From: Octopus bimaculoides
Lineage: Eukaryota
Length of the DNA stretch: 45,246 bases
Direction of reading: 5' to 3'
Assembly (NCBI RefSeq): GCF_001194135.2
Contig: NC_068996.1
Location: forward strand, 11,653,882-11,699,127
Made by a program: the position numbers and the translations under genes. Of this stretch, positions 1 through 12,084 are shown piece after piece (position 1 is the first letter of the stretch; every line of letters begins with the position of its first letter). Below the pieces are notes generated by a model. It was not told the origin of the DNA, did no database searches, and worked only from the letters and a program-made list of their open reading frames with translations.

Positions 1-225
1 GCAATAATGCGACCCTGATGAGATGGAGTATCCAGAAATTTGTAATATGTTGTAATTTGTTACAATATTTTACGAGACATCTTATGATGTGGTTTATTTA
101 TCCGGGATACCCTATTGAAATGTGCATAGGTTTGGCTTATTGTGGTTGTTTCTGTTATTATAATTGTTGCTGCAATAAAGTATCTTCAATGCATTGATTT
201 TGAGCTCTATCCTTTAAGAGACATG

Positions 226-330
226 TATATATATATATATTTATATCTATATATATACACACACACACATACATGTATATATATAGAGAGAGAGACAGAC
301 AGAGATAGAGAAAGAGAGAGAGAGAGAGAG
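226..330. repeat. Compound (TA)n/(CA)n/(GA)n microsatellite
   Basis: Direct reading of the sequence. Confidence 0.95.
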
Positions 331-854
331 ATCGTGATAGAAAGATGCATAGATGCTTCCTTGCATACATGTATACGTCCTTACTATCTTTTTGCTTGCG
401 TTTATCCCTTCCCCGTTTTTCTCTCTTTCTGTCTCTAGCTTTCCCTTTTCTCCCTTACGCTCATATCTTCTCCGTTTCTTGCCATTGTCGCTATACTACA
501 CTAACCTTGATGTTTTCTTGTTTCATGTCACTCTTACAAACCTTGATTTCTCTCCCACCCCACAGCACCCGTATCTCCACAGCTGCCATCAGTATCACCA
601 TTTATAACCTGCTCACCTATATGATTACAAACATTCATCAAAGTAGTACCTACACCAAAAACATCGTTACAACGGTCATCTCCACTGGCCAACCATGACA
701 ATTCTATCCACAACAGCTGAGTATGCTAGAAATAGAAGCCAAATTTCCGTGCAGCACGTAATGTAACACACGCCAATGATTATGGGGAGGAAATCCTTGA
801 CCATAGTGCATTCTTGTTCAGGGTTTGACCCTTATAACTTAAACAGCACAACAC

Positions 855-1075
855 TCGGGAAAGTTCGCAGAATCGGTAGAAAGACATGTTCTGCTAGGTT
901 TCATCTGGCTCTTTATATTTTTGAGTTCAAATCTCACCAAGGTCAGCTTTACTCTTCATCTTTTCAGGATGTATATAATGAAGTACCAGTTTAATGCTGG
1001 GGTGAATTTATCAACTTTTACCCTCTCAACTACACGTGCAGCTTTTGTTCGTGTATTAAAAACAAATTATTGCCT
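855..1075 (+). mobile_element. Degenerate tRNA-derived SINE (family S1)
   Basis: B-box-like 'tgagttcaaatctc' followed by 'aaggtcagctttactcttcatc...aagtaccagtt...ctggggtga'; the same motif order occurs, reversed, at 20330-20520. Confidence 0.55.
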
Positions 1076-1134
1076 TTACCCGCTTCACCATGATCATCAT
1101 CACCGCTATCTTTACCGGAGCTGATAGCACAAAT

Positions 1135-1135
1135 G

Positions 1136-1177
<42 letters not shown>

Positions 1178-1290
1178 ATAATAATAATAATAATGATGAT
1201 AATAATACAGTTACTACTACTACGACTATCACCAGGACTACAGCCATAAGCATCATCATCATCGTCATCATCATCGCCGTCATCGTCGTT
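1135..1290. repeat. Compound (ACT)n/(AAT)n/(CAT)n trinucleotide repeat
   Basis: Direct reading. Confidence 0.95.
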
Positions 1291-1529
1291 AAAACAACAA
1301 CGGATAGAATGACTTTCCATACGTTTGGTTTTGGCTAGAAATTATACCCGGCTGTTTTGGAAAACTTAAAGGTATGTTATATCAGTATAGTCCTGGATAC
1401 TCCTAAATTGATTGGGTGCCTGCCCACCCATTCCTCTAAATAAATTGACTCAGTTCCTCCAGCTGAAATGCCTTTTGTCATAGCCTTTATCCGTTCGATC
1501 ACTGTTTATTTGTGGTTGCACACCACCAC

Positions 1530-1560
<31 letters not shown>

Positions 1561-1925
1561 TATCAGCACATCTTCTACCCCCCCCCTGCCACAGCTAGCA
1601 CCATAACCTTCCCCTTACCACCAACAATGACGAACTAACAGCGAAAAGGCTTGCGTTTTTGAACCTATATATATAAGGAAATAAGCCAAGGAGGAAAATG
1701 CTAAAATAAGTTTATCATAAAAAAACATTTTAGTACAGGTTTCAGTCATTGAGTCTTTTTCAGCTCTAAGTATGAAAAACAATTAAATTTTGGAAAAGTT
1801 AAATGAAAAGTTGTTTTAAAAAATATTTGCATAGTATTGAAATACAAGGGGCATTTACCTTGTTTCTGCCTGTCTCTGTTTCTCTTTTTTTACTCTTGTG
1901 GGTTCGAGGTTGTGAATTCCTGGCG

Positions 1926-2040
1926 AAGAAGAAGAAGAAGAAGAAGAAGAAGAAGAAGAAGAAGAAGAAGAAGAAGAAGAAGAAGAAGAAGAAGAAGAAG
2001 AAGAAGAAGAAGAAGAAGAAGAAGAAGAAGAAGAAGAAGA
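1926..2040. repeat. (AAG)n microsatellite, about 38 units
   Basis: Direct reading; it produces the poly-K, poly-R and poly-S ORFs in the track. Confidence 0.97.
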
Positions 2041-2429
2041 ATGTGGGGTGATATGAGAGTAGTGGGATGTTAAATGGTCAAGTGAACTGAAAGTGATTTG
2101 TTGTGGCTGGTAGTAGTGACTGAATTCTTGAGGCATCTCTTTTGAATGTATTGTTTCTAATATTTGCGTGGGTGTTATTCTAAACAGCAGTAGTAGTAAA
2201 GTAAGGAAGAGGGTGGCAGAGAACAAGAAGAAGAAGAAGGAGGAGAAGGAGAAGAAGCGAAAGAATAATAAAAGAATACGGGAGTTGTATGATAGTAGTA
2301 GGATGTTAAATGGTCAAGTGACCTAAAAGTGGCTCGTTGTGGATTATTGTAGTGATTGGGACTATTTTCAATGAATTCTTGGGTATCTCTTTTGAATGTA
2401 TCATTTTTAATATTTGAGTGTGTGTTATT

Positions 2430-2780
2430 CTAAGGCCGTGGTGGATATGTCATTTGTTGTAGATGAGTTCAAAAGGGGTTTGTATTTTGTGATAAAGAAC
2501 GACTCTTTATTAATACAGGGTGTATCGTCCCTGAATTGATAGAGGGGGACAATTCTGAAGCTTGGATTTTTGTTATTGGCGCAAATGCCGATGTGTTGGC
2601 TGAATGCTATTTTTCTGTTTTTCGGAATTTTGATCTGTAATCTGTGCAGAATCATNNNNNNNNNNATGCTATTTTTCTGTTTTTCGGAATTTTGATCTGT
2701 AATCTGTGCAGAATCATCCTTTGACTAGACTGTTTTTTTGTTTGGCCTATGTATTGCACTTGACATCCAGAGGAGGTTAG
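2430..2780 (-). mobile_element. Penelope-like element, GIY-YIG endonuclease C-terminal fragment
   Basis: Minus translation 'SGCQVQYIGQTKK..RMILHRLQI...FSQHIGICANNKNPSFRIVPLYQ...KESFFITKYKPLLN' has the YIGQT motif and the K..FI.K.KP.LN terminus typical of PLE GIY-YIG domains. Confidence 0.8.
2604..2717. other. Assembly overlap artefact: 52 bp repeated on both sides of an N10 gap
   Basis: 2604-2655 is identical to 2666-2717, with 10 N between them. Confidence 0.85.
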
Positions 2781-2860
2781 TGCGTATATCAGGTTGTACG
2801 CTTGTATGTATGTATGTATGTATGTATGCATGTATGTATGTATGCATGTATGTATGTATG

Positions 2861-3096
<236 letters not shown>

Positions 3097-4438
3097 TGAG
3101 AGGAGAGAGAGAGGGTGAGAAGGGAGAGAGAGAGTTAATGGTAAGGACAGAAGATAAAATGATCCTGAAAGTGGTGGAACAGAAGGTAGAAGGATCTTCA
3201 AACGGGTACTTTGCAACACAGTTGTCTCCGGAAAAGGGATCCAAGATGCCGAAGGTGTTCTTAAATCGAGCAACAGACTACATCTACCATCCGAACTCGA
3301 GTAGGGCCATGTCAGGACTTGAACTCAGAATACATACCGCACGATATCACGTTCGATCTATCTCACGGTTCTGCTCATACACCTCATTATAGCGATACTT
3401 TCTTCTCTTTTTTTGTTTTTTTTTATGAAAGTCAAAGCTGACCCCGGTGGTGTTTGAACTCATAGCGTTGTGATTTCTTACCGTATTGGATTAAATACTG
3501 CTGGCATTCCATCAAATGCTCCAACAACTCTTCCAATTTCGTTGCCTGTTTAGAAATACATTCAAATGCTTCCTTTAATCTTAGGCGGGGTTGAGGGCTG
3601 TTCTCATGAAATTAGCTTTACAGCTACATAGTTTTCAGTTCGATACCTCTGCTTGACACCTTGGGGAAATGTATTTCTCATATCTGTGGCATAACCAAAA
3701 TATTGTGACTGAAATTTGGCATGGGGAACTATATGGAAATCGCATCGAAAAGATATTTCTTATTCTTCATTAGTAAACAAAATCTGTCACCTAATTAAGT
3801 AATTATATCACCAACTCATTGATTACGCTTCAGGAAATCTACTAAAACAAGATTTCAGATTAGGTCCCCGATTTGGAAGAACAAGGTCCTTACTCTGACT
3901 CAGAGGCATTGAAAAATATCATCTATGCTGAATTCCTTTTCCGCTTTCTAATCTAAGATTTTTTTTCTTCTTCTTTTCGTGTAATTACTTTATACACTGT
4001 TTGAAAATAGTTAAATGAGTTAATTAAAGCGGGAAAGATCTTTGTCATAGGTTTCCTCGATCAAGATGAATGAAGAGGGGGATGCAGGGTGGGGGTGAGG
4101 GAAAACAGTTACAGCAACAACAGCATCACCATCACTGCCAACACCATTTGTACCACCAGTGCTACACCGCCCGCCTTCNNNNNNNNNNNNNNNNNNNNNN
4201 NNNNNNNNNNNNNNNNNNNNNNNNNNNNNNNNNNNNNNNNNNNNNNNNNNNNNNNNNNNNNNNNNNNNNNNNNNNNNNNNNNNNNNNNNNNNNNNNNNNN
4301 NNNNNNNNNNNNNNNNNNNNNNNNNNNNNNNNNNNNNNNNNNNNNNNNNNNNNNNNNNNNNNNNNNNNNNNNNNNNNNNNNNNNNNNNNNNNNNNNNNNN
4401 NNNNNNNNNNNNNNNNNNNNNNNNNNNNNNNNNNNNNN

Positions 4439-4494
<56 letters not shown>

Positions 4495-5119
4495 GACCAT
4501 CGCCATCCAATCACTAAGCGATATCACTATCCAGGATCACCGCCACCGACTTGACATTCACCAGCAACAACAATATCACAACAACGACCACCATTACCAA
4601 CACCACCAACACCAAAAGCAACAACAACACGTGCAACTTCTTACCGGCAGTATAACAACCACGACCACGTTACCACCAACATCACCACATGTACCAGCAA
4701 TACTAGCCCTACTCTATTTCACCATCCTACTCCAGTACCCCACACACACACACACACAACCCTTCGTCATCACATCACCATCAATGCCTCGTATAACGCT
4801 TTGCTTCACGCACAACACCACCGCTGACATGATGAACACCATCACACCGCACCCCCACTTCTACCTATACCAAAGGTAATAGTGACACCAATGAAACTAC
4901 ACCTAATACCTCCACTAATATAAGTACGCTGAACCTTGTTTTAACTATCACTCTAAACTTTCCCCGACACATGTAGAATCCTCTGGCATCTTTTTTTTTT
5001 CTTTTGAGTTTCCTTATCCGAATGTATAAAGGGAATAAAGAATAATAATGTCACTAGTATATTTAAGTTTAGAGATTTGTTATTTTATTTCATTTATTTC
5101 TTTAGTTTATTTCATATAT

Positions 5120-5340
5120 ATATATATTAATGGTGGCAGCTGATGAAGGAAATGTTCTCTATGTGGCCTGTGTGTTTTCTGTACTCTGTCTATCATTTTG
5201 TCTACGTTTTGTTTGCAATGTCCTGTACCCAGATATGCATCTATATATACAGGTAGATGTAAGTATATACATACATGTACGTATATATGCATATACTCAT
5301 TTATTATTTGTTATATATATATATATATATATATATATAT
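5120..5340 (+). repeat. Unclassified dispersed repeat (CAGATATGCATCTATATATAC... family)
   Basis: Its 3' part (about 70 bp) recurs at 24826-24900 (+) and, diverged, at 6385-6460 (-). Confidence 0.75.
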
Positions 5341-6971
5341 NNNNNNNNNNNNNNNNNNNNNNNNNNNNNNNNNNNNNNNNNNNNNNNNNNNNNNNNNNNN
5401 NNNNNNNNNNNNNNNNNNNNNNNNNNNNNNNNNNNNNNNNNNNNNNNNNNNNNNNNNNNNNNNNNNNNNNNNNNNNNNNNNNNNNNNNNNNNNNNNNNNN
5501 NNNNNNNNNNNNNNNNNNNNNNNNNNNNNNNNNNNNNNNNNNNNNNNNNNNNNNNNNNNNNNNNNNNNNNNNNNNNNNNNNNNNNNNNNNNNNNNNNNNN
5601 NNNNNNNNNNNNNNNNNNNNNNNNNNNNNNNNNNNNNNNNNNNNNNNNNNNNNNNNNNNNNNNNNNNNNNNNNNNNNNNNNNNNNNNNNNNNNNNNNNNN
5701 NNNNNNNNNNNNNNNNNNNNNNNNNNNNNNNNNNNNNNNNNNNNNNNNNNNNNNNNNNNNNNNNNNNNNNNNNNNNNNNNNNNNNNNNNNNNNNNNNNNN
5801 NNNNNNNNNNNNNNNNNNNNNNNNNNNNNNNNNNNNNNNNNNNNNNNNNNNNNNNNNNNNNNNNNNNNNNNNNNNNNNNNNNNNNNNNNNNNNNNNNNNN
5901 NNNNNNNNNNNNNNNNNNNNNNNNNNNNNNNNNNNNNNNNNNNNNNNNNNNNNNNNNNNNNNNNNNNNNNNNNNNNNNNNNNNNNNNNNNNNNNNNNNNN
6001 TGAAGCACGTACAGGAGGGGCAAAGAAGTACGTGCGAGCTTGGTGATTCCAAGAACGAAAAGAAATAGCAGCCGGACACCCGTGACCAAGGCTGTGTGAA
6101 GAGAAAGAGTAGCAGAGGGAAAAGAAGGGGGAGGAAGTAGAATAAAAGTGAGCAACGAGAGGTAGAGAGATAGATAGATAGTAGTAGTAACGGTGAGAGG
6201 CGAAGGACGAGTAACAAGAGATAGAGAGAGAGAGATAGTAGTGACAGGTAGAGGCGAAGAACAGTAGAGGGAAGAATGAGAGGGGGATATAGAAATAGAG
6301 ATAGAGAGAGTCGCGTTAGAAAAATAGTTAAAACTTACTGTATAAAGGTTAACGCGTGCGTTCCGTCGTGATACAAACAATATATGAGTATATGCATATA
6401 TATGTACATGTATGTACATACCTTCATCCACATGTACACATAGATACATAACTGGGTACATGACGTGGCAAAAGAACATGGATAAAATGATATATATATA
6501 TATTAACTTAAAAGCTGCACTCCGTGCGGCGGACTTTTAGCCTAGCACCTGTGGAAGACTAGTTGGGGCCGCGGCCCAAAAACTAAAGTGAGTGACAATA
6601 ATAAAACATTTATTGGTGCCCAGTGTGGCTGCAGTCTGATGACTGAAAAAGATAAAAGAACCACTAAACTCTTTAGTAAAGCAAAATGAGGTAACTTGCA
6701 CTGAAACCTCCCAGGATCGCTTTACTTAATAGAAATAGCAACCCAAACGCTTTTAAATCAGAATTCAATGCTGGATGTTCAAGAACCAAATGAAGGGCAA
6801 GTTTTTAATTCCGGGACCATCCTGATTCCTAAAAGGTATAATACGTCTAGAGCAAATGTAGACTGAGATATAGGGGTCCCAGACGAACAGACAAAATGTC
6901 ACTTTAATTAATATATGTGTGTAAGTATGTATGTTTCTATGTATGTTTGTATGTATGTATGTGTGTGTATG

Positions 6972-7089
6972 TACATCGTGGTCTATGTTGTCATTACCGT
7001 CCGTTCACTTATCCTAAGTAGTTTTTTGCTGTTGACACCATCAATATCGAAAATGGCACGAAATTGTGACTAATCTTGGTCTATAACTT
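6972..7089 (-). repeat. Unclassified dispersed repeat of about 130 bp, copy 2
   Basis: Aligns with 2861-2990 apart from one short indel; also abuts (TATG)n on the plus strand. Confidence 0.85.
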
Positions 7090-7169
7090 ATGGGGAATGA
7101 GCATATCAACGCATCGTGTGTGATCTTTCCGTGTGTTTCTTGATCGAATTTCTTTGCAAATTTTTACTA

Positions 7170-7173
7170 TCTC

Positions 7174-7242
<69 letters not shown>
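7170..7242. repeat. (TCTA)n microsatellite
   Basis: Direct reading. Confidence 0.95.
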
Positions 7243-7243
<1 letters not shown>

Positions 7244-7299
7244 TTCCGTAATATACATGCATAAACACATTTAAAGATATATATAAGGTAAAAAAGATT

Positions 7300-7532
7300 A
7301 AAGACCCCTTCGGTTACGAATGACCATGGAATTACACCCAGAAAGTTCCATTCCGAAGCGCAAGCCTGACCGAGGTTGTTTGTGGAAAACCAGCTGTCAA
7401 CCATGCATACCAGCCTCCCCATTGCATGCCACCGTTTGTTATCCAAGAGAAAGGGAAGTTCTTTGCACCGGTGACGTCATAACTCATTTCTTCAAATGAG
7501 TTAACTGGAGCAACGTGAAATAAAGTGTCATA
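7300..7532 (-). mobile_element. 5'-truncated CORE-type SINE
   Basis: Minus strand reads 'gacactttatttcacgttgctccagttaactcatttg', the CORE-like segment shared with the S2 SINEs, followed by a distinct tail. Confidence 0.7.
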
Positions 7533-7609
7533 CTCAATGTATATATATACACGCACACATACATATATACATATGCGTACATATGTGTATGCGTGTGTGG
7601 GAGTGTATA

Positions 7610-8070
7610 CACACACAAACATATATAAATGCATAGACATACACCTGAAGCCGACGGCAACACCTGGTATCAAAGTTATTGGGTCCTCACAGGGCCCTGA
7701 TACCATGAATCCTAGGGTCACGGCAAATTCTGAATTCACTGTCAAAAATGGCCATATGGTCACCATATGAAATTCTATCCCGCAAAATGTCAAATTTCCC
7801 TCAAATGAACGCTGATAGATAACATGTTGAGCATTCAGCATCTGAGCTGCCTACATCTAAGAAAATGGAATATGATGCCGTGGGAAGAATTACGACTATA
7901 ATCTCAAGGAGACAGAAAATGCCAGAGACATTGTGACCCAACTAAACAACTGACTGGGGGCAGTTGGTAAATGCCCGCAACTGAAGAAGTTTAAAATATG
8001 GTGCTTCCAGTTTTTCATCATACTCAGATTACTGTGGCTATTCTGGCGAACCAACATGTAGGAAGGGGAA
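7610..8070 (+). mobile_element. RLE-type non-LTR retrotransposon RT fragment, HERO/NeSL-like, degenerate
   Basis: Frameshifted translation 'RQILNSLSKMAIWS/HMKFYPAK...GKNYDYNLKETENARDIVTQLNN*LGAVGKCPQLKKFKIWCFQFFIILRLLW' resembles the 'WARMKFKPAKS...GKWFD.SLKD...DKSGLPGKFKAWIYQ..ILPR.LWP' pattern of HERO-like RTs. Confidence 0.6.
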
Positions 8071-8109
8071 GAATTTGGAAAGAAAGGCGTATAGATAAAT
8101 ACAGACAAA

Positions 8110-9060
8110 CATTATGAAAACAGACGCAACATCAGAACAAACATAAGAGTGAATTAAATCAAAATATAACCCTATTAGAAGTGGAAACTATTCCAAAGGG
8201 ATTTCCTTTCTCCGCCCTTTTTTCTGTCTGCTTTTAACACCTTTAACTACCATGTTAATGCAGGTTAGATGAGGTTATCATTCCTATGAGATCACTCAAC
8301 CATATTTCATATACAGATGGCCTCAAGTTGCACGCTGCTGCTACACAGGCAGTAAGAGTCGCTGTTACATGCAATACACGAAATCAGTAGGGAGATTGGT
8401 GTGAAAATTTGGGTTAGGAAAATGCACCAAGCAACCTTGAATAGGACGAAATTAACGATAGCGTTTTATATTGAATTTCATAAAACAATTAAAATAAACA
8501 CAGACTACCAAATATTTAGTATTTAATGAACCCGACGAAGTACGAAACACAATTGGAGGAAAAGGTTATGAAGGACTATTCTAGAGAAATTAATACATAA
8601 ACAAAGAATTAAATAAAAAAAAAAGAAATATAATAATAGACATCAATACTTTAGTATATAAAAATGTAGGTGAATTAATAAAACTAGAATAATTTCTTTG
8701 CGTTTAGAATATACTATAATAGAGCCGACAGAGAAATATTATATTGACTATGAACACAGGGAGGTAGCGCCGTCTGCAGCTAGAGAACTATGGCAAAATA
8801 TCTATTGTATGACTATGAAAATATTTAGTAAAGTGCAAAAGGTAATTAATACAAGCGGAAGAAAAAGAAACATTAGTCACAAAGGAGATAGCAAATGTAA
8901 AACCAAATCTGATGGAGCAGACAGTGTTCAGTAAAATAGAAGAAAAATAGAAAAATGTTGAAATCAAAATAATAATTTAAAAATAAAATAGAAGTTTTAT
9001 TATAAGATATTTATATGAAATACCCCCACATGGCAAGGGAAGTGTATAAAAACAAATGAA
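8110..9060 (+). mobile_element. R4/Dong-like RT fragment, highly degenerate
   Basis: Remnants of 'GIFQGDSLSP..FCLLLTPL', 'INHI.YxDxLKL', 'GLGKC' and 'YKYL', collinear with the element at 31.6-35.4 kb. Confidence 0.6.
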
Positions 9061-9108
9061 TCATACTTCTGAAGTATATAAGAAACTAGAGGTTAACTGC
9101 AGAATATA

Positions 9109-9527
9109 ACTGGCACTTCGTCGGTTACGACGACGAGTGTTCCAGTTGATCCGATCGGCGGAACAGTCAGCTCGTGAAATTAACAGACAAGTTCTCAGGG
9201 AGATTCAGCGTGACACAGAGTGTGATAAGGCTGACCCTCTGAAATACAGGTACTGCTCACTTTTACCAGCTGAGTGGACTGGAGCAATGTGAAATAAAAT
9301 GTCTTGCTCAAGGACACTGACACTCTATTGGTTATGATGATGAGGGTTCTAGTTGATCAGGTCAACGGCACAGCCTGCTCGTGAAATTAATGCACAGGTG
9401 GCTGAGTACTCCACAGACACACAACATACCCTTAACGTAGTTCTCGGGGAGATTCATTGTTGAAAGGCTGGCCCTTCGAAATACGGCTACTACCAATTTA
9501 TGCAGGTGAGTGGAGTGGAGCAACGTG
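9109..9527 (-). mobile_element. Tandem dimer of two headless CORE-SINE (S2) units flanked by a 14-bp TSD
   Basis: Two S2 units (9109-9320, 9325-9527); 'aactgcagaatata' occurs at 9095-9108 and 9528-9541. Confidence 0.8.
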
Positions 9528-9805
9528 AACTGCAGAATATATGACTGTTGGAAAGACAGAATCGATTATGGGCTAAAAATCTTTTCCAAGGAATCTTAAC
9601 TAATAACACTTCCAGTGCACAATGTCCTTTCTTGTTTTCTCTTTTGTTAAACCATTAAAAAACAATTTAATTGCGGTCAGAAATTTTCCAAGGTCTCCAG
9701 CAATAAGAAAAACCACCAGCAAGGTTTAAGTTCATACGTTGCATATGATAACAGCATGTTTCGTTCCTCAACAAGGACCTCTCCACACAGGCATGTCATT
9801 TACGC

Positions 9806-9821
9806 TGTAGTAGTAGTAGTG

Positions 9822-9888
<67 letters not shown>
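9806..9888. repeat. (TAG)n microsatellite
   Basis: Direct reading. Confidence 0.95.
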
Positions 9889-10091
9889 ATATCGCTGCTT
9901 TTGTTGTTACACTTGTGCTTGCTATACAGTTTTGCCTAACTGTGTACTTAAAACGAACAAATGCGGTTTAAAAAAGGTTTCTACGGCTTTAAGAAGGATA
10001 TTTTCACTCAAGCGTGTTATTTACGCTATAAACCAGTTACTGTTGCGGTAATTGTATCAGAAATGGTACAAGTAGATAATATTGCTGCTGC

Positions 10092-10123
<32 letters not shown>

Positions 10124-10705
10124 TTGTTGTTGTTGTTGCAGTGGTGTTTATTTTTTACAGTTTTCTAATATACTTGACTATTTATTAGATTGTAGACTTT
10201 TATTTACATTGAAACTACTTCCATTTTATTGCCGGTGTCATAATTGTATTGTTCTGCTTGACTTGGTTTAATTGCTGTTTATATTGTTGAAATGTAAATA
10301 TGCATATATCACATGATCACATGATCGACCAGGTTATCGGCTGTTGTAATACATCGCCGGTCAAAATGCGTTTTGCATCGGTTTATCATTCGAACGATGC
10401 CACCTCGCTGTCTAGGCAAACAAGCAAACATTCTCGCTGACCAGAAAGCTAATCCGTTGCAGGCTTATCCGTTTACAACATGTATTAATACGTATAAATG
10501 CTTGAATTTGTACTGCGTGCGGCAAAAATAAACCTTCGAATTCACCATCCGTCATTATCGTCTCAATAGCAAACGCTGGCTGTACACTGATCCAAGCTAA
10601 GATGGCAACTACAAAACAAGGTAAAACATCAACTACCTGAATGTACTGTTGCCAACTGCCTGACATTATTAGCACTATGCCGATGGCTGTGTAAGCTATG
10701 GGAGG

Positions 10706-12084
10706 TATACACACGGTGCATTCCAGTTTTCAGAGTTTTTTTAGGAATGATTTATAAATTTCAAGAATGTACAAAACTCTATACAACACCATTGTGTTAC
10801 CAACAGTACTGTATGCCAGTGGAACTTGGAAAGTAACATCAACAATATCCAAGAAACTGGATGTATTCCATCAGAGGTGCTTGCGGAAAATATTGAAGAT
10901 CTCCTATCGCGACCACATCACAAATACTGCAGTCCTCCAGCGAGCACAGTCAAGAAGGTTGCAAGACATCGTGGCAGAGAGAAGAATGAGACTAGCCGGG
11001 CACATTTTCTGCATGCCAGAGCAACGGCACGTTAAAATAGCATTTAGATGGGAACCACCTGGCGGAAAGAGAAAGAGAGGAAGACCAAAAACAACATGGC
11101 GCAGATCGTTCAAAGCAGACATAGCAGTAATGAACAGAAAATGGGAAAACATCACGAGGGAGGCTGCCGATAGAGATCAGTGGAGATTGTTGTCTGCCCA
11201 ATGCGCCACCAGACGTAGGATGGACTAAGGAATAAGGACAAAACTCTAATCTCATTCAGAGTAGGATCCTATCTTCAATGCACTTGTTGTAATGCTCCAT
11301 CCACTTCGTGAAGGCCCCATTGGAGTCCTTCAAAGTGAGGGCGTCCAGGAGAGCCTCTGAAGTTTTCCTTTAGCTTGGGGAATAACCAAAATACGTACGG
11401 TGCAGTTTCCCATAGGGAAGGCAAAGGACAATTCTAGTACTTGTCTCTGTCAAGTATTTAGTTACCAGGATGTTTATCACCGAGCACACTGGGAACAAAC
11501 TTTATACAAATTTTGCACATGTTCAGATCTTCATGAAATAATTCTGTGTACAGTTGCCACACCAATTCCAAACTTTATGCTTATTGTCACATGACGATCT
11601 TCATTCAGAAAATTGTGAATTTTCTCAACCAGCTCCGATGTTCTGACGTCTCTCTCTCCCATACCTCTCATTGTCTCTCAGCTTCTCTCTACCGTCCTTG
11701 AATTTCTTATGCCAGTGAAAAACAGATGCTTGACTCATACAACTTAATTCATAAGCAGTCTGTGGCGTTCTTGCCGAGTTTATCACAGAACTTTATTGCA
11801 TAGCAAGCTTCCAAATTGTCTTCAAGTCCTGAGTGCATTCTTCAAACTGGGTTAGCTGTGACAAGCAGTATTTAGTAGGGTGTGTTCAAAATGCTGTTAC
11901 AGCCATCTCCTTCAATCTGGAATTTTAAAAAAAATGTTGATAGGTCAACTTAGTAGATGTATAGTAATGATATTTTAAACACTAAAATTACAGTAATCTA
12001 GTACAGTTACAGTAAAGTCACAGTAATCTAGTAACTGCTTCTCTTTAAAATGTCTCCGAAACTTCTGGAATGCATCTCGCTTAT
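10706..12084 (-). mobile_element. Mariner DNA transposon, internally deleted, interrupted by an RTE
   Basis: Minus translation from about 11838 'MHSGLEDNLEACYAIKFCDKLGKNAT', then 'KFVPSVLGDK', jumping to 'ILVTKYLTE...FWLFPKLKEN' and 'AFTKWMEHYNKCI'. Imperfect TIR core 'tgcattccag' lies at about 10717 and, inverted, at about 12065. Confidence 0.85.
10782..11237 (+). mobile_element. 5'-truncated RTE-clade LINE (ORF C-terminus plus TAAGG-like tail)
   Basis: ORF 10767-11228 'LYNTIVLPTVLYASGTW..FHQRCLRKIL.ISYRDHITN..RLAGHI..GKRKRGRPKTTWRR..AADRDQWR' is the canonical RTE C-terminus. An 11-bp duplication 'acaaaactcta' lies at 10771-10781 and 11238-11248. Confidence 0.92.

Noticed and set aside
10-80. 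Hammerhead-like 'CTGATGA-GAT..ATC-CA-GAAA' at the window start
   Set aside because: There are extra bases before GAAA, stem III needs a bulge, and no strand complementary to stem I follows the putative cleavage site.
1803-2226. Poly-K, poly-R and poly-S ORFs
   Set aside because: They are translations of (AAG)n with no coding context.
4500-4880. His/Gln/Thr-rich ORF tail
   Set aside because: Decayed CAC/CAA low-complexity DNA with no splice signals or domain.
4020-6479. Long ORFs of 120-390 aa
   Set aside because: They are open only because they cross N gaps and microsatellites; the same applies to ORFs at 21.7-26.1, 38-39.4 and 43.8-44.8 kb.
10412-10714. 100-aa hydrophobic ORF on the minus strand
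   Set aside because: GTG start, overlaps a mariner TIR and a repeat, no recognisable family and no convincing splice sites.
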